From Acidobacteriota bacterium (GTDB lineage: Bacteria > Acidobacteriota > Vicinamibacteria > Vicinamibacterales > UBA2999): a DNA stretch of 64,000 bases. The position numbers and the translations under genes are program-made. This document shows, in pieces, positions 1 through 9,953 of this stretch (its first letter is position 1; every line of letters begins with the position of its first letter). Below the pieces are notes generated by a model, which made no database searches, was not told the origin of the DNA, and saw only the letters and a program-made list of their open reading frames with translations. The stretch spans positions 60,948 through 124,947 of the forward strand of contig JBQTIE010000017.1 of the NCBI GenBank assembly GCA_052389315.1, read 5' to 3'.

Positions 1-1
1 C

Positions 2-229
2 GGCTTCCGCATCCCAGGCAAACGAGCCCTGGCGAATGGCATCGAGAAACCAGAGGTCGCCGGCGGCGATGTGAACGGTGAGGTCCCATGCCGAGCGGGA
101 TTTATCGTCGGGCTTGTAGTCGCGGCGGGCATCCGGTACGGCTGCCAGGACCTTGCAGGTGGCCGGGAATTCGCCCTCCCAGAGGTTGGTCATGAAGGTG
201 ACGAGGAACTTGGCTTGGTCGGCGTTCAC
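2..229 (-). CDS. DinB/YfiT-like family protein, partial (runs off the window edge)
   Basis: Manual translation from GTG at 229, behind an AAGGAGG SD: MNADQAKFLVTFMTNLWEGEFPATCKVLAAVPDARRDYKPDDKSRSAWDLTVHIAAGD... The 'T.KVL.AVP....DYKP..KSRSAWDL..HI' pattern is typical of DinB-like proteins. Not in the ORF track. Confidence 0.75.
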   Translation of the reverse strand, partial: MNADQAKFLVTFMTNLWEGEFPATCKVLAAVPDARRDYKPDDKSRSAWDLTVHIAAGDLWFLDAIRQGSFAWDAEA

Positions 230-296
230 TGGGGCCCTCCTTGTTGAGCGGAACGAAAGCGAAAATATAGCGAAAGCTCACCTCGTCCGCAAGGAC

Positions 297-359
297 TTTT
301 CCACCGCTGGAGTCCGTTTTCCACAATGGGGCCGGGCTTGATTTGATCATTCTGCGTAC
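297..359. repeat. Dispersed intergenic repeat, copy 1 (TTTTCCACAATGGGGCCGGGCTTGATTTGATCATTCTGCGTAC)
   Basis: 317-359 closely matches 54281-54304 and 54314-54354, and also 63801-63836. Confidence 0.75.
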
Positions 360-389
360 CAAGCCCATGCCGGCCGACCCCCCGTGCAA

Positions 390-1550
390 TCAGGACGTCT
401 GCCTCGCCACCCACTCGCGATACAGGGAGTCGGTCACCAGATAGCGCTCGTGATCGCGCTGAACCACATCCAGGCGCTGCAGGGCGGCCAACGCCGACTG
501 GACGCTCGACGGTGCCGCCAGCCGATGTCGCACGCGCACGTCGCCGGAGAGCAGCTCCCGGCCTTCTTCGATGACGACCGCCCGCAGCACCGCCCGCTGC
601 GACAGGGTAAGTCGCTGCCAGGCGTGCTCGAACACGAGCTGCTGCTCGCCGAGCAGCCGCGAGAGCGTTCGATGAAGATCTTCCAGATCCGCCCGTCGCT
701 GCCCTCGTGAGCGCACATCGTCCCAGGTCTCGTGCGCGAGGCGCTGGACGTCGTACGGCACGTTGCCGCCCAGCTCGACCATCGCATCGGCGAGGTCTGC
801 TTCGATCAGCACGCCGCTCGTGGCGAACCGAGACGCGATGAACCCGGCGAAGACGCGCGGGTCGATCTTCTCGAGGCGAACGACCGGGCCGGCCTTGTAG
901 AACGGCCGGCGCGAGACCAGCATCTGCTCCATCAGCGTGGGTTCCGAACCGGCGAACACGTAGCCGACCTCGCGTTGCGTCTGAACCGCGTCCCGAAGCG
1001 CCTGCTCGACGTTCCCGCCGTCGAACGCGGCAATCGCTTGGAACTCGTCGAGGGCAATGGCGACCCGCGTGCGGCGTCGAGCCGCGATGCGGGCCGGAAG
1101 CGCGTACACCTCTGCCGCCAATCGGGCCACTTCACGCGACGAGCGGACGGTGGGGAAGTCGAGGAACAGGCGATTGGCGCCCCGGCCGAGCTGCCCGAAT
1201 CGCACCCGCGGGGTCACGCTCCGAAACAGCTCGGACGCCCATCGCCGGAGCCGGCTGGCCGGCGTGTCGGCCGCGACGAGCGCCTGCGCGTAGGACTCGA
1301 GAAACCCCAGGTAGGAACTCGAGGCCGCGACGGTGACGACGATGGTCAGGATTCCGCGCCTGGAGAGCTCACGCATCACGGACCGGATGAGCGAGGACTT
1401 TCCGTAGCGTCGCGGGGAGATCAGGAAGATCTTCTGCCCGATCGCGAGGTCCTGCGCCAGGCGTCTCCGCTCGTCTTCCCGGTCCGCGAACGCCCCGGCC
1501 GAGACGATTTCGCCGTAGACGAACGGGTTGTCCGGACGTGCCGTCTTCAT
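390..1550 (-). CDS. AAA+ / archaeal-type ATP-binding protein with probable C-terminal winged helix
   Basis: N-terminal NPFVYG...FADRE, Walker A SPRRYGKSS, Walker B IALDEFQ, FAGS motif. Confidence 0.85.
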   Translation of the reverse strand: MKTARPDNPFVYGEIVSAGAFADREDERRRLAQDLAIGQKIFLISPRRYGKSSLIRSVMRELSRRGILTIVVTVAASSSYLGFLESYAQALVAADTPASRLRRWASELFRSVTPRVRFGQLGRGANRLFLDFPTVRSSREVARLAAEVYALPARIAARRRTRVAIALDEFQAIAAFDGGNVEQALRDAVQTQREVGYVFAGSEPTLMEQMLVSRRPFYKAGPVVRLEKIDPRVFAGFIASRFATSGVLIEADLADAMVELGGNVPYDVQRLAHETWDDVRSRGQRRADLEDLHRTLSRLLGEQQLVFEHAWQRLTLSQRAVLRAVVIEEGRELLSGDVRVRHRLAAPSSVQSALAALQRLDVVQRDHERYLVTDSLYREWVARQTS

Positions 1551-1660
1551 TACGCGATCCTGGGTAATGATTATGGTAGATAGCGTAACGCAGGGCCGGG
1601 CAGCTTCAAAGCGGCAAGTTCATCCTGACAGGATGAGAACGGGTGCGCACGAGGGCCTGC

Positions 1661-1966
1661 TCAGCGAACGATCGGCGCAAGCTCGACGGTGGTCCACACC
1701 TTGAGAGGATCGGCGGGCTTCATCCGGGTGTCTCCCGCACCGGGGCCGCCAGGCCCACCACGCCCGCCGCGCCCCATGCCCCCGAGCCTGCCGCCACCGG
1801 TGCCGCCCCCGCCCCCGATGTGCGCCGGTCGGCCTCCCTGGGGCCCATCCGAAGGGAGGGCGGCGACCGCCGGCCCGATCGCGTCTGTTGGTGGCGCCGG
1901 CTCCTCCGGCTTCCAGAACACCAGGAACGCGGATGCCGAACGCGCGCCGGGTTCCGCCGCTCGCAT
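1661..1966 (-). CDS. Gly-rich hypothetical protein, possibly a truncated C-terminal remnant
   Basis: 101-aa ORF with a GGGGG/GRGG linker and a KVWTTVELA ending; no clear SD. Confidence 0.35.
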   Translation of the reverse strand: MRAAEPGARSASAFLVFWKPEEPAPPTDAIGPAVAALPSDGPQGGRPAHIGGGGGTGGGRLGGMGRGGRGGPGGPGAGDTRMKPADPLKVWTTVELAPIVR

Positions 1967-2099
1967 CTAACCAGGCCGGGAAGAAGGTAAAAAGGACGCA
2001 AAGTCTGGCCCGAAACGGCTGGTGTCGAGGTGCGCGCGGACTGCAATACCCGCCTCGTTCGTCACGTATACTCCCAGGGGGCTCACGGCAGGAGGTCTT

Positions 2100-3131
2100 G
2101 TGCGCAACGGTGTTCTAATCGCCCTCGCGGGCGTGGCGGCGTGGTCGGCAGCGATGGTTCTGCCGGCTCAGACCCAGCGCGCGCCCCGCCTGAATCCCGT
2201 GATCGAGCTGCTGACGCAGAAAAAGGCCGTCTTTGGCCTGTATGCGCCCAGCAATCGACGAGGGTTCCGACCCGGTGGTCCGGGTGGGGCCGCTGGCGGT
2301 CCACCGGCGGTTGCGCCAACGCCGGACGTGCCGGCGAAGAGCGGCGCCGAGCTCGCCCGGGAGGCGGTCTCCTACCCGCATAGCGACTTCGTGTTCGACG
2401 GCAGCATGGAAGGCGGACTCGAACGTGCTCTGCCAGCGTTCACCGAACTGGTCCGGGGCATGCAGCAGGCGGGTGCCCTCAACCGTTCGCCGCTTCGGCT
2501 GACCCACCCGTTGATCGTCAAGACGCCCGAGCTGGACGAGGAGACGATCCACGCCGACATCGCGCGTCAGCTGAATCTCGGCGTCAGTGGTTTGATGCTG
2601 CCGAAGGCCGAGAGCGCCGAGCAAGTGCGCCGCGCCATCGCCGCGATGCGATTCACGTCGAAGGGCGGCACGCGCCCCGACGCCGTCGGGTCGGCGCCCG
2701 CCTTCTGGGGCCTGTCGGAAGCCGACTACAAGGTCAAAGCTGACGTCTGGCCGATCAATCCTGACGGCGAGCTGATCAACTGGACGATCATCGAGAGCAA
2801 GGAAGGACTGGCGCGTGTGCGAGAGATCGCGGCAGTCAAGGGCGTTGGCGTGCTGTGGCCCGGGGCGGGTACGCTGCGCGGGCTGTTTTCCACGACAGGC
2901 GAGGCTGGTCAGCGCGTGCTGGACGAGGCGGCGTGGGAAGGGGCGATTCAGCAGGTGCTGGCCGCGTGCAAGGAGTTCAACGTCGCGTGCGGCTTTCCGG
3001 CCACTGCGGCCGACATCGAGCGCCGCATGCATCAAGGATTCAGTGTGTTCGTGATGAACTGGGGTGATGCCGGCTTCAAGGCGCTCGAAATCGGTCGGCG
3101 CGTGGCGAACCGGCCCACGACGCACGAGTAG
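2100..3131 (+). CDS. HpcH/HpaI aldolase/citrate lyase-family protein with signal peptide
   Basis: GGAGG SD then GTG at 2100; hydrophobic signal; 'LNLGVSGLMLPKAESAEQV', 'IIESKEGL...IAAVKGVGVLWPG'. Confidence 0.75.
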   Translation: MRNGVLIALAGVAAWSAAMVLPAQTQRAPRLNPVIELLTQKKAVFGLYAPSNRRGFRPGGPGGAAGGPPAVAPTPDVPAKSGAELAREAVSYPHSDFVFDGSMEGGLERALPAFTELVRGMQQAGALNRSPLRLTHPLIVKTPELDEETIHADIARQLNLGVSGLMLPKAESAEQVRRAIAAMRFTSKGGTRPDAVGSAPAFWGLSEADYKVKADVWPINPDGELINWTIIESKEGLARVREIAAVKGVGVLWPGAGTLRGLFSTTGEAGQRVLDEAAWEGAIQQVLAACKEFNVACGFPATAADIERRMHQGFSVFVMNWGDAGFKALEIGRRVANRPTTHE

Positions 3132-3210
3132 GAATGGCCCGTCATCGTTCGGGTCTGGTCACAATATCGGTGAAGCCCGTCACGTCATGACGGCCATTCG
3201 GGAGAGTCGT

Positions 3211-4029
3211 ATGAAGCCAGGGCACACATATCGTTGCGCGGTTTCGACACTGTTTTTCGTGGTGCTGGCGGCGGCAGCCTACGCGCAGGCGACCCAGGCG
3301 CCCGCCAAGCCCTATGAACCCCAGGTCGGCCAGGCCGGCAAGGACGTCGTGTGGGTTCCCACGCCGCAGGTCCTGGTCGAGAAGATGCTCGACATGGCCA
3401 AGGTCACGGCCAAGGACGTCGTGATGGATCTCGGGTCTGGCGACGGCCGCACGGTGATCACAGCGGCCAAGCGGGGCGCGACGGCGTACGGCGTGGAGTT
3501 CAACCCGGACATGGTGACCCTGTCGCAGCAGAATGCGGCGGCGGCGGGCGTGACCGCCAAGGCGACCTTCATCAAGGGCGATCTCTTCGAGACGGATCTG
3601 TCGAAGGCGCAGGTGATCACCATGTTCCTGCTGCCGTCGATCAACATGACGCTCCGGCCAAAACTGCTGGACCTCAGGCCAGGTACTCGCATCGTGACCA
3701 ACTCGTTCACCATGGAGGATTGGCAGGCCGACGAGTCGGAGACGGTCACGGACGACTGCACGAGCTGGTGCACGGCACACCTGTGGATCGTGCCTGCCAA
3801 GGTCGCGGGTTCGTGGCACATGCCTCAAGGAACGCTGACGCTGTCGCAGGAGTTCCAGATGATCAGCGGCACGCTCGGGTCCATCGCGATTACCGAGGGC
3901 CGCCTGCGCGGCGATCAGATCGAGTTCGGCGTGGGCAACGCACGCTACACGGGGCGTGTCGCCGGCAACTCGATCTCCGGCACGATCGCCGGCGCGACCA
4001 ACGGCACGTGGACGGCCACGCGAAAATAG
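3211..4029 (+). CDS. Class I SAM-dependent methyltransferase with signal peptide and C-terminal beta extension
   Basis: DVVWVPTP, DLGSGDGR motif I, GVEFN; signal ending AAYA-Q. Confidence 0.85.
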   Translation: MKPGHTYRCAVSTLFFVVLAAAAYAQATQAPAKPYEPQVGQAGKDVVWVPTPQVLVEKMLDMAKVTAKDVVMDLGSGDGRTVITAAKRGATAYGVEFNPDMVTLSQQNAAAAGVTAKATFIKGDLFETDLSKAQVITMFLLPSINMTLRPKLLDLRPGTRIVTNSFTMEDWQADESETVTDDCTSWCTAHLWIVPAKVAGSWHMPQGTLTLSQEFQMISGTLGSIAITEGRLRGDQIEFGVGNARYTGRVAGNSISGTIAGATNGTWTATRK

Positions 4030-4108
4030 TCTCGCCGCGCGGTGCGCGCACCAACCTGCCGTCCTGCGGAGACGCCGTGCGCCCCGCGCAGGCGTTCCGC
4101 GAGAGCCG

Positions 4109-5808
4109 ATGAAGTTCATCATCAGCCAGGTGACGTTTCTCGTCACCGATCGGGAGCAGCGGGCGAACGTCCGCGCGCTGCTCAAGTATCTCGCCTTCCT
4201 CGCCGCGCTCGTCACCGCGTACGCGGTGCTGTTCCACGTCATCAAGCAGAACGTTGAAGGGGAGCAGCACTCGTGGGTCACCGGTTTCTACTGGACGCTC
4301 GTGGTGATGACGACGCTCGGGTTCGGCGACATCACGTTCACGAGCGACACGGGCCGGGCCTTCAGCATCGTGGTGCTGCTCTCGGGCGTCGTGTTCCTGC
4401 TGGTGATGCTGCCGTTCCTGTTCATCCGGCTGTTCTATGCGCCCTGGCTCGAAGCGCGCGTCAGGCTGCGCGCACCACGTGAGGTACCGGCGGAGACGGC
4501 CGGGCACGTGATCATCGCCGAGTATGATGACATCGCCGCCGGGCTCATGGATCGCCTTCGGGTGGAATCCATTCCGCACTTCGTCGTCGAACGGGACCCG
4601 GCCGTGGCGGCGCGGTTGGCGGGCGAGGGCGTGGCGGTGGTCACCGGCGACGGCGACAGCCGCGCAACCTACGAGGCCCTGCGCGTCGGCCTTGCCCGCC
4701 TGGTGCTCGCCAACTGCGAAGACACGACGAATACGAACATCACGTTGACCGTGCGGGAAGTCGCGCCGAACATCCCCATCGCGGCCATTGCCGAGGAGGA
4801 GGACTCGATCGACATCCTCGAGCTCGCCGGCGCGAGTACGGTGCTGCCGCTCAAGTCGCAGCTCGGCGAGTATCTGGCCAACCGCGTCGCGGCCGGCCGC
4901 GCCGAGGCTCATGTCATCGGCGGATTCCAGGACCTCAGATTGCCGAGCTCCCCGCGCGGGACACGCCATTTGCGGGCGTCACGGTACGCGACACGCCCCT
5001 CAGACGCCGGACGGGGCTGAACCTGGTGGGGTTCTGGGAGCGGGGGCGCCTGCGTCCGGCCTACCCTCATTCGGCGATTCAACCCGACAGCGTCATCGTG
5101 GTGGCTGGGACGGCGGGTCAGATTCAGGCGCTCAACGAAGTGATCGGCGTCAACAGCACGTCGTCGCTGGTCCTGATCATCGGTGCCGGGAAGGTGGGGC
5201 AGGCCGCCGCACGCGCGCTCCACCGGAAAGGCCTCATCGTGCACGCGCTCGACCGCGACGAGCGCGCCCTCCAGGGTCTCGCGGAGTTCGCCAACGGAAT
5301 CTTCGCCGGCGACGCAGCCGATCGCGAGTTGCTCGATCGCGCCGGCATCCAGCGGGCCGCGTCCGTGCTCCTCACGACCAACGACGATGCGATGAACATC
5401 TATCTCGCGGTGTACTGTCGTCGGTTGAACAAGGACCTGCGCATCGTGAGCCGCATCACGCACGAGCGAAACGTCGAAGCGATCCACCGCGCGGGCGCGG
5501 ACTTCGTGCTGAGCTTCACCACGCTCGGGATAGAAGCGATCCTGTCGCTGCTGAGAGGGCACGAGCCGGTGCTGGTGGGAGAGGGCGTCGAGCTGTACTC
5601 GATTCCGGTGCCGGCGAGCCTGGCCAATGCGCCCCTGCGCGACAGCGGGATCGGATCCCGGACGGGACTCAGCGTCGTGGCCCTGCGCCACGGCGACCAG
5701 TTGGCCGTTCAGCTGACAGCCGAAACCGTTCTCGCGGATGGCGCAGAGCTGCTCGTCCTCGGCAGCCGCGACCAGCGGCGGACCTTCACCGAGGCATTCG
5801 AGGCATGA
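4109..5808 (+). pseudogene. Potassium channel with TrkA-N/TrkA-C (RCK) domains, frameshifted near 4936
   Basis: Pore motif TTLGFGD and RCK motifs (IIGAGKVG). Adding one base at 'GACCTCAGATT' restores D-L-Q-I-A-E-L-P...TGLNLVGFWE and joins ORFs 4109-5020 and 5026-5808. Confidence 0.8.
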
Positions 5809-5957
5809 GGATCTCACGAGGCCCTGCCTCGGACCATCGAGCATGCAACGTACACAGGGCCTCGTTAGCCCTGATCTTGTCTTGCCCGCCTCCGCCGCAG
5901 TCGACTTGACGGAGAACCGTGACTGATCATGTCAACAGTCGGAGCCGTCGAAGGCTC

Positions 5958-8237
5958 CTACGAGGGTGCGGACCAGGACCACGCGATGACGTCCAGGATG
6001 TTCGAGAAGTCGTCCGTCCAGCTCGCGGAGGCTGCGCGTCCGACCCTCCATCGTGGATCCGCGGCGAGCGTGGCCAAGGCATCGGCGCTGGGCGCGATCA
6101 CCAGCCACCGGGAAGCCTCGTCGGCTTGGTCGTCGTCACGCCGCTGTTCGATGACGCTGGCGCCGAGATCCCGCGCCGAGGCCGCCAGCACGCCTTCCAG
6201 GTCGAAGTAGCGGTTCGAGATATGGAAGGCCAGCAGGCCGGCCGGCTTCAGACGCGCGAACGTCATCGCCATGAATTCACGCGTGAGCAGGTGCGCAGGA
6301 ATCGCATCCGAGCTGAACGCATCGACGACGACCAGATCGTAAGAGGCTGAAGACGCCTCTGCCAGCGTGAGGCGGCCGTCCCCGATCACCACGCGGACTT
6401 CAGCCCGTGCATCGCGGAGGTAGGTGAACAGCGCAGGGTCCCTGGCCACTCGCTCCACGAGCGGATCGATCTCGTAGAACGTCCATCGATCGGCGGGGCC
6501 ACCGTAGCAGACGAGCCCACCTGCCCCGAGTCCGATCACCGCCACCGCCGACGCCCTCTCGCCATATGCGGCAAACAGCTGCCCGATCGGACCCGCCCGA
6601 GCGTAGTAGCCCGTCGGGGTGCAGCGCGGATCCGTCAGGCCCTGCCAACCATGCACCGTCGTGCCGTGAAGCAGCTTGCGGGAAGCGGCGGGCGTGTCCT
6701 CAACCACACGAACGACACCGAAGAAGCTGCGGTCGACGAACAACTCACGGCCGCGGTGCTGGACGGGCCACGAGGCGTTGGCGATGGCGACGACGGTGAT
6801 GGCTGCGGCAAACGGCGCTACCCGTGTGGTCAACGCCCAGGGCACCGCGACGACGAGCCAGAAGGCGATTGTCAAGCCCTCGAGCGGCACGCCCCCGCCG
6901 AGGCCCATCGCCCACGACCCCACGATCACGACGAACATGCCGATGGGAAGACCGAGCAGCAGCGCGGGGTGTTCGCGCCGTGCCGGCCACCAGCGTGGCG
7001 ACGGTCGCAGGAAGGCCGCCGCCGCTAGCGCGAGCGGATACTCGACGACGGTCGTGAACACGAATGGCGCGACCAGCGCGGTGAAGACGCCGCCAAGCGC
7101 ACCGCCCAAGGACACCCAGAGATAGAAGCGCGTGACGTCGCCGGACGGCGGCCGACGTTCGGCGAGTTCCCGGTGACAGACCAGCGCCACGGTGGCGAAG
7201 GTGAGCAGGTGGAGACCGAGCCACCACCAGGACGTTCGATTCAACACCAGCGACACGATCGCCCCCACCATCAACAGAGGGGCCAGGCGAGAAGTCCACA
7301 CTCGTGACACCGGCGGAGGCGACGCGAACGCGGCGACGAACGTGAGCAGATAGAGGGCCAGCGGGATGACCCACAGGAGCGGAACCGCCACCACGTCGGT
7401 TGACAGGTGGGTCGTCACGCCGAGCAGCAGGCTCGAGGGCACAAACGCCAGCACCAGCCACGTGGCCTTGTCCCGCCGCGTGATCGGTCTTGTCCCGGCG
7501 CTGCCATCGAGCGGCGGGGTCGGGCTCGTCGGGCGGTTGCCCGGTCCCGACGCAACCACCGTCCAGGCGCACGCGGCGAGCAACGCAGCCAGACACCCGA
7601 AGGCGACAAACCACGACGTACTTTGATCTGCTAACCGCAGGGTACGTTCGACGACGATGGGGTAGCCCAGCAGTCCGACGAGGCTGCCGGCGTTGCTCGC
7701 GGCGTAGAGGAAGTAGGGATCGCGCCCGGACACGAGGGCAAACCATCGTTGCAGCAGCGGGGCTGTGGCGGCGACCGTGACGAACGGCAGGCCCACCGAC
7801 ATCGTCAGCGCGCCGAGCAGCCACCACACCGGTGAGGTGCCGGTCGGGGGCGACCCCCCATGAAGCCGTATGGGCAGCATGAACAGCGTCACGGCCAGCA
7901 GCGTCAGGTGCACGTAGACTTGCGCGTGTCGTCCCACTCGCGTGGAGACGATGTGCGCGTAGGTGTAGCCGAGGAGCAGTGCGATCTGGAAGAACACCAG
8001 GCAGGTGTTCCACGTGGCCGGGCTGCCGCCCAATCGCGGCAGGATCATCTTCGCGAACATGGGCTGCACGACGAACAGCAACGCCGCCGACAACAGCATC
8101 GTCGCGCCGTAGAGCCAGACGAGCGAAGGCCGCCAGGGAGAAGGCCTGGTTGGAGTCCTGCCCGCGATTGCGTGTCCCAGCAATGGAGTGTCCACTCGAG
8201 GAGTCAGCCCCATCGCATTTATCGGCTCGTGCCGCAA
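5958..8237 (-). CDS. Fused MFS-like membrane / spermidine synthase-like methyltransferase
   Basis: LLFVVQPMFAKMILPRLGGSP, PYFLYAASNAGS, LLHGTTVHG, VIGLGAG, FYEIDP, GDGR, VDAFSSDAIPAHLLTRE, WTDDFSN. Start uncertain. Confidence 0.88.
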   Translation of the reverse strand: MRHEPINAMGLTPRVDTPLLGHAIAGRTPTRPSPWRPSLVWLYGATMLLSAALLFVVQPMFAKMILPRLGGSPATWNTCLVFFQIALLLGYTYAHIVSTRVGRHAQVYVHLTLLAVTLFMLPIRLHGGSPPTGTSPVWWLLGALTMSVGLPFVTVAATAPLLQRWFALVSGRDPYFLYAASNAGSLVGLLGYPIVVERTLRLADQSTSWFVAFGCLAALLAACAWTVVASGPGNRPTSPTPPLDGSAGTRPITRRDKATWLVLAFVPSSLLLGVTTHLSTDVVAVPLLWVIPLALYLLTFVAAFASPPPVSRVWTSRLAPLLMVGAIVSLVLNRTSWWWLGLHLLTFATVALVCHRELAERRPPSGDVTRFYLWVSLGGALGGVFTALVAPFVFTTVVEYPLALAAAAFLRPSPRWWPARREHPALLLGLPIGMFVVIVGSWAMGLGGGVPLEGLTIAFWLVVAVPWALTTRVAPFAAAITVVAIANASWPVQHRGRELFVDRSFFGVVRVVEDTPAASRKLLHGTTVHGWQGLTDPRCTPTGYYARAGPIGQLFAAYGERASAVAVIGLGAGGLVCYGGPADRWTFYEIDPLVERVARDPALFTYLRDARAEVRVVIGDGRLTLAEASSASYDLVVVDAFSSDAIPAHLLTREFMAMTFARLKPAGLLAFHISNRYFDLEGVLAASARDLGASVIEQRRDDDQADEASRWLVIAPSADALATLAADPRWRVGRAASASWTDDFSNILDVIAWSWSAPS

Positions 8238-8299
8238 GCGGCGCTATCTCGCGCAACAGTGGTCAACGATCGGTCGGCGGGCTGTTACACTATTCTTTG

Positions 8300-9508
8300 G
8301 TGGACGCAAACACGCCAGCGGCTCTTCCGCCCGCGCCGCGCGAAGTCACGTTGAGCGACGCTATCGCCGCGGGAGCGCCTCCGACGTGGACGGAAGCCGT
8401 TGCGCTCGTGCGCGAGGTCGCGTCGCTGCTCACCCGCGGTGCGGAACCGTTGCACGTCCCGCGGCTATCGCAGATCTCCATCCTGTCCACTGGAGCCGTT
8501 CAGATTTCGGGCGGCCGCGCGCATCCAACGGGACCAGTCGCCGGGTTGGGCGAGTTGATGGGTGCGCTGCTCGAGCCGGCCGGTGTTCCGCCGCCCCTCC
8601 GCGAGGTCGAGCGTCAGGCGCAGGCCGACCCACCCGTGTTCACCTCAGTTCGCGCTCTTCACGCGGCGCTCGAATACTTTGCGCGGCCCGATCCGCCGGG
8701 AGAGCTGGCCAACTACTACCTCCGCGCCGCCCAGGCCATCGACGACGCGGTCAAGAACAAGGCGTTCGAGACGCTCAAGGAGAGGGCCAAGACGGCTGCG
8801 GAGATTGAACGCCCCAAGACCGCGCCCTCGCGGTCGTGGCGCGTGTACTGGATTCTGGCGGCGACCGCCATCGCGGCCACGGCGGTCGTGCTTGCCATGG
8901 TGCGGTACGGGCCACAAGCGACAAGTGCCGTTGGTGGCTCGGCTGACGCCGCCCTCGACGCGCTGAGCGCGACGACGGAGAAGATCACCGCAGCGACGAC
9001 CAATGCGGTGGCGAAGCTGATCGGCGGAGTGCCATCGAACGGGTCGCCGGCCAACGCCAGCCCACCGGCTCCACCGGCGGCGGCGGCGAAGGGTGCGGCG
9101 CGGCCGCCTGCTCGCACGGCCCCGGCGCCCGTGGCTGTGCCCGCGGCATCCTCGCCCGCCGCGGGCGATCCACCGGCATCGGTATCGACGCCGACTCAGG
9201 CTCCGCCCGAGCCCTCGCCTGTGGATCTCGTCGTCTACTCGACGGCGGACAAAGACGTGCGGGAGCCGGTGCTGATCTATCCTCAGCTCCCAGCCACGCC
9301 GCGAATGGCGGCTCCGCCTGGCGAGCGCGGCGAGCTCGAGCTCCTGGTGCTCGAGGACGGCACGGTCGCCGAAGCGCGGTTAATCCCGGCTTCCACTCGC
9401 GTGCAGGATGCGATGCTGGTGTCGGCCGCCAAGGCCTGGCGATTCGAGCCGGCCCAGCGCGACGGGCGGCCCGTGATGTATCGGTTCCGCGTGCCGATCA
9501 CCTGGTAG
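8300..9508 (+). CDS. Membrane protein: N-terminal kinase-C-lobe-like region, TM helix, Pro/Ala linker, C-terminal TonB_C domain
   Basis: C-terminal 'VLEDGTV..ARL...AAKAWRFEPAQRDGRPV' is TonB_C-like; TM at VYWILAATAIAATAVVLAM; extended -10 TGnTACACT (8283-8291) just upstream of GTG 8300. Confidence 0.7.
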   Translation: MDANTPAALPPAPREVTLSDAIAAGAPPTWTEAVALVREVASLLTRGAEPLHVPRLSQISILSTGAVQISGGRAHPTGPVAGLGELMGALLEPAGVPPPLREVERQAQADPPVFTSVRALHAALEYFARPDPPGELANYYLRAAQAIDDAVKNKAFETLKERAKTAAEIERPKTAPSRSWRVYWILAATAIAATAVVLAMVRYGPQATSAVGGSADAALDALSATTEKITAATTNAVAKLIGGVPSNGSPANASPPAPPAAAAKGAARPPARTAPAPVAVPAASSPAAGDPPASVSTPTQAPPEPSPVDLVVYSTADKDVREPVLIYPQLPATPRMAAPPGERGELELLVLEDGTVAEARLIPASTRVQDAMLVSAAKAWRFEPAQRDGRPVMYRFRVPITW

Positions 9509-9545
9509 CACCCGACCTGCACGGCCGCCACACGGCCGAACGCGA

Positions 9546-9950
9546 TCAGGGTCTGGGCGCAGCGACGAGGCGGTCTCCCACCGTGAGACCCGCGTGCTCC
9601 ACGACCCCGCCAGCCGTCTCCAGGATGGCAAAGGCGCGCAGGGCGAACACCAGGCGTCGAGGGGGAACTGCGCCCTTGATCTTGACGACAATCCCGTCGC
9701 GCGAGACGCCGACGATGTCGAGGGGAAATCGCATCCCGAAGGTGTGAATGCCCTGAGTGGGAACGATGACCATCCCCTCGTCCGGCGCGAGCGCGTCTCG
9801 GCCGAGCAGTCCCTTTCGTCGCGCGTGCGAGTCGGAGGCCATCTCCAGTGTGCGGATCAGCCACTGACCTGTGCGCTCGATGCGCAGGCCCCACTGAGCC
9901 GGCTGGGTCAGGACGGGGGTGAGGAAGTGAGCCGAGGCGCCCTGGGCCAC
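9546..9950 (-). CDS. DUF192 family protein
   Basis: 'ASDSHARRKGLLGR..L..DEGMVI....IHTFGMRFPLDIV', 'ILETAGG....GL.VGD'. Confidence 0.88.
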   Translation of the reverse strand: MAQGASAHFLTPVLTQPAQWGLRIERTGQWLIRTLEMASDSHARRKGLLGRDALAPDEGMVIVPTQGIHTFGMRFPLDIVGVSRDGIVVKIKGAVPPRRLVFALRAFAILETAGGVVEHAGLTVGDRLVAAPRP

Positions 9951-9953
9951 GGG

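Noticed and set aside
1689-1970. Pro-rich plus-strand ORF
   Set aside because: Mirror of the Gly-rich minus-strand ORF; low complexity and no start signals.
7979-8299. Longer start for the TonB_C protein as given in the ORF track
   Set aside because: It overlaps the divergent spermidine-synthase-like gene; an extended -10 immediately precedes GTG 8300.
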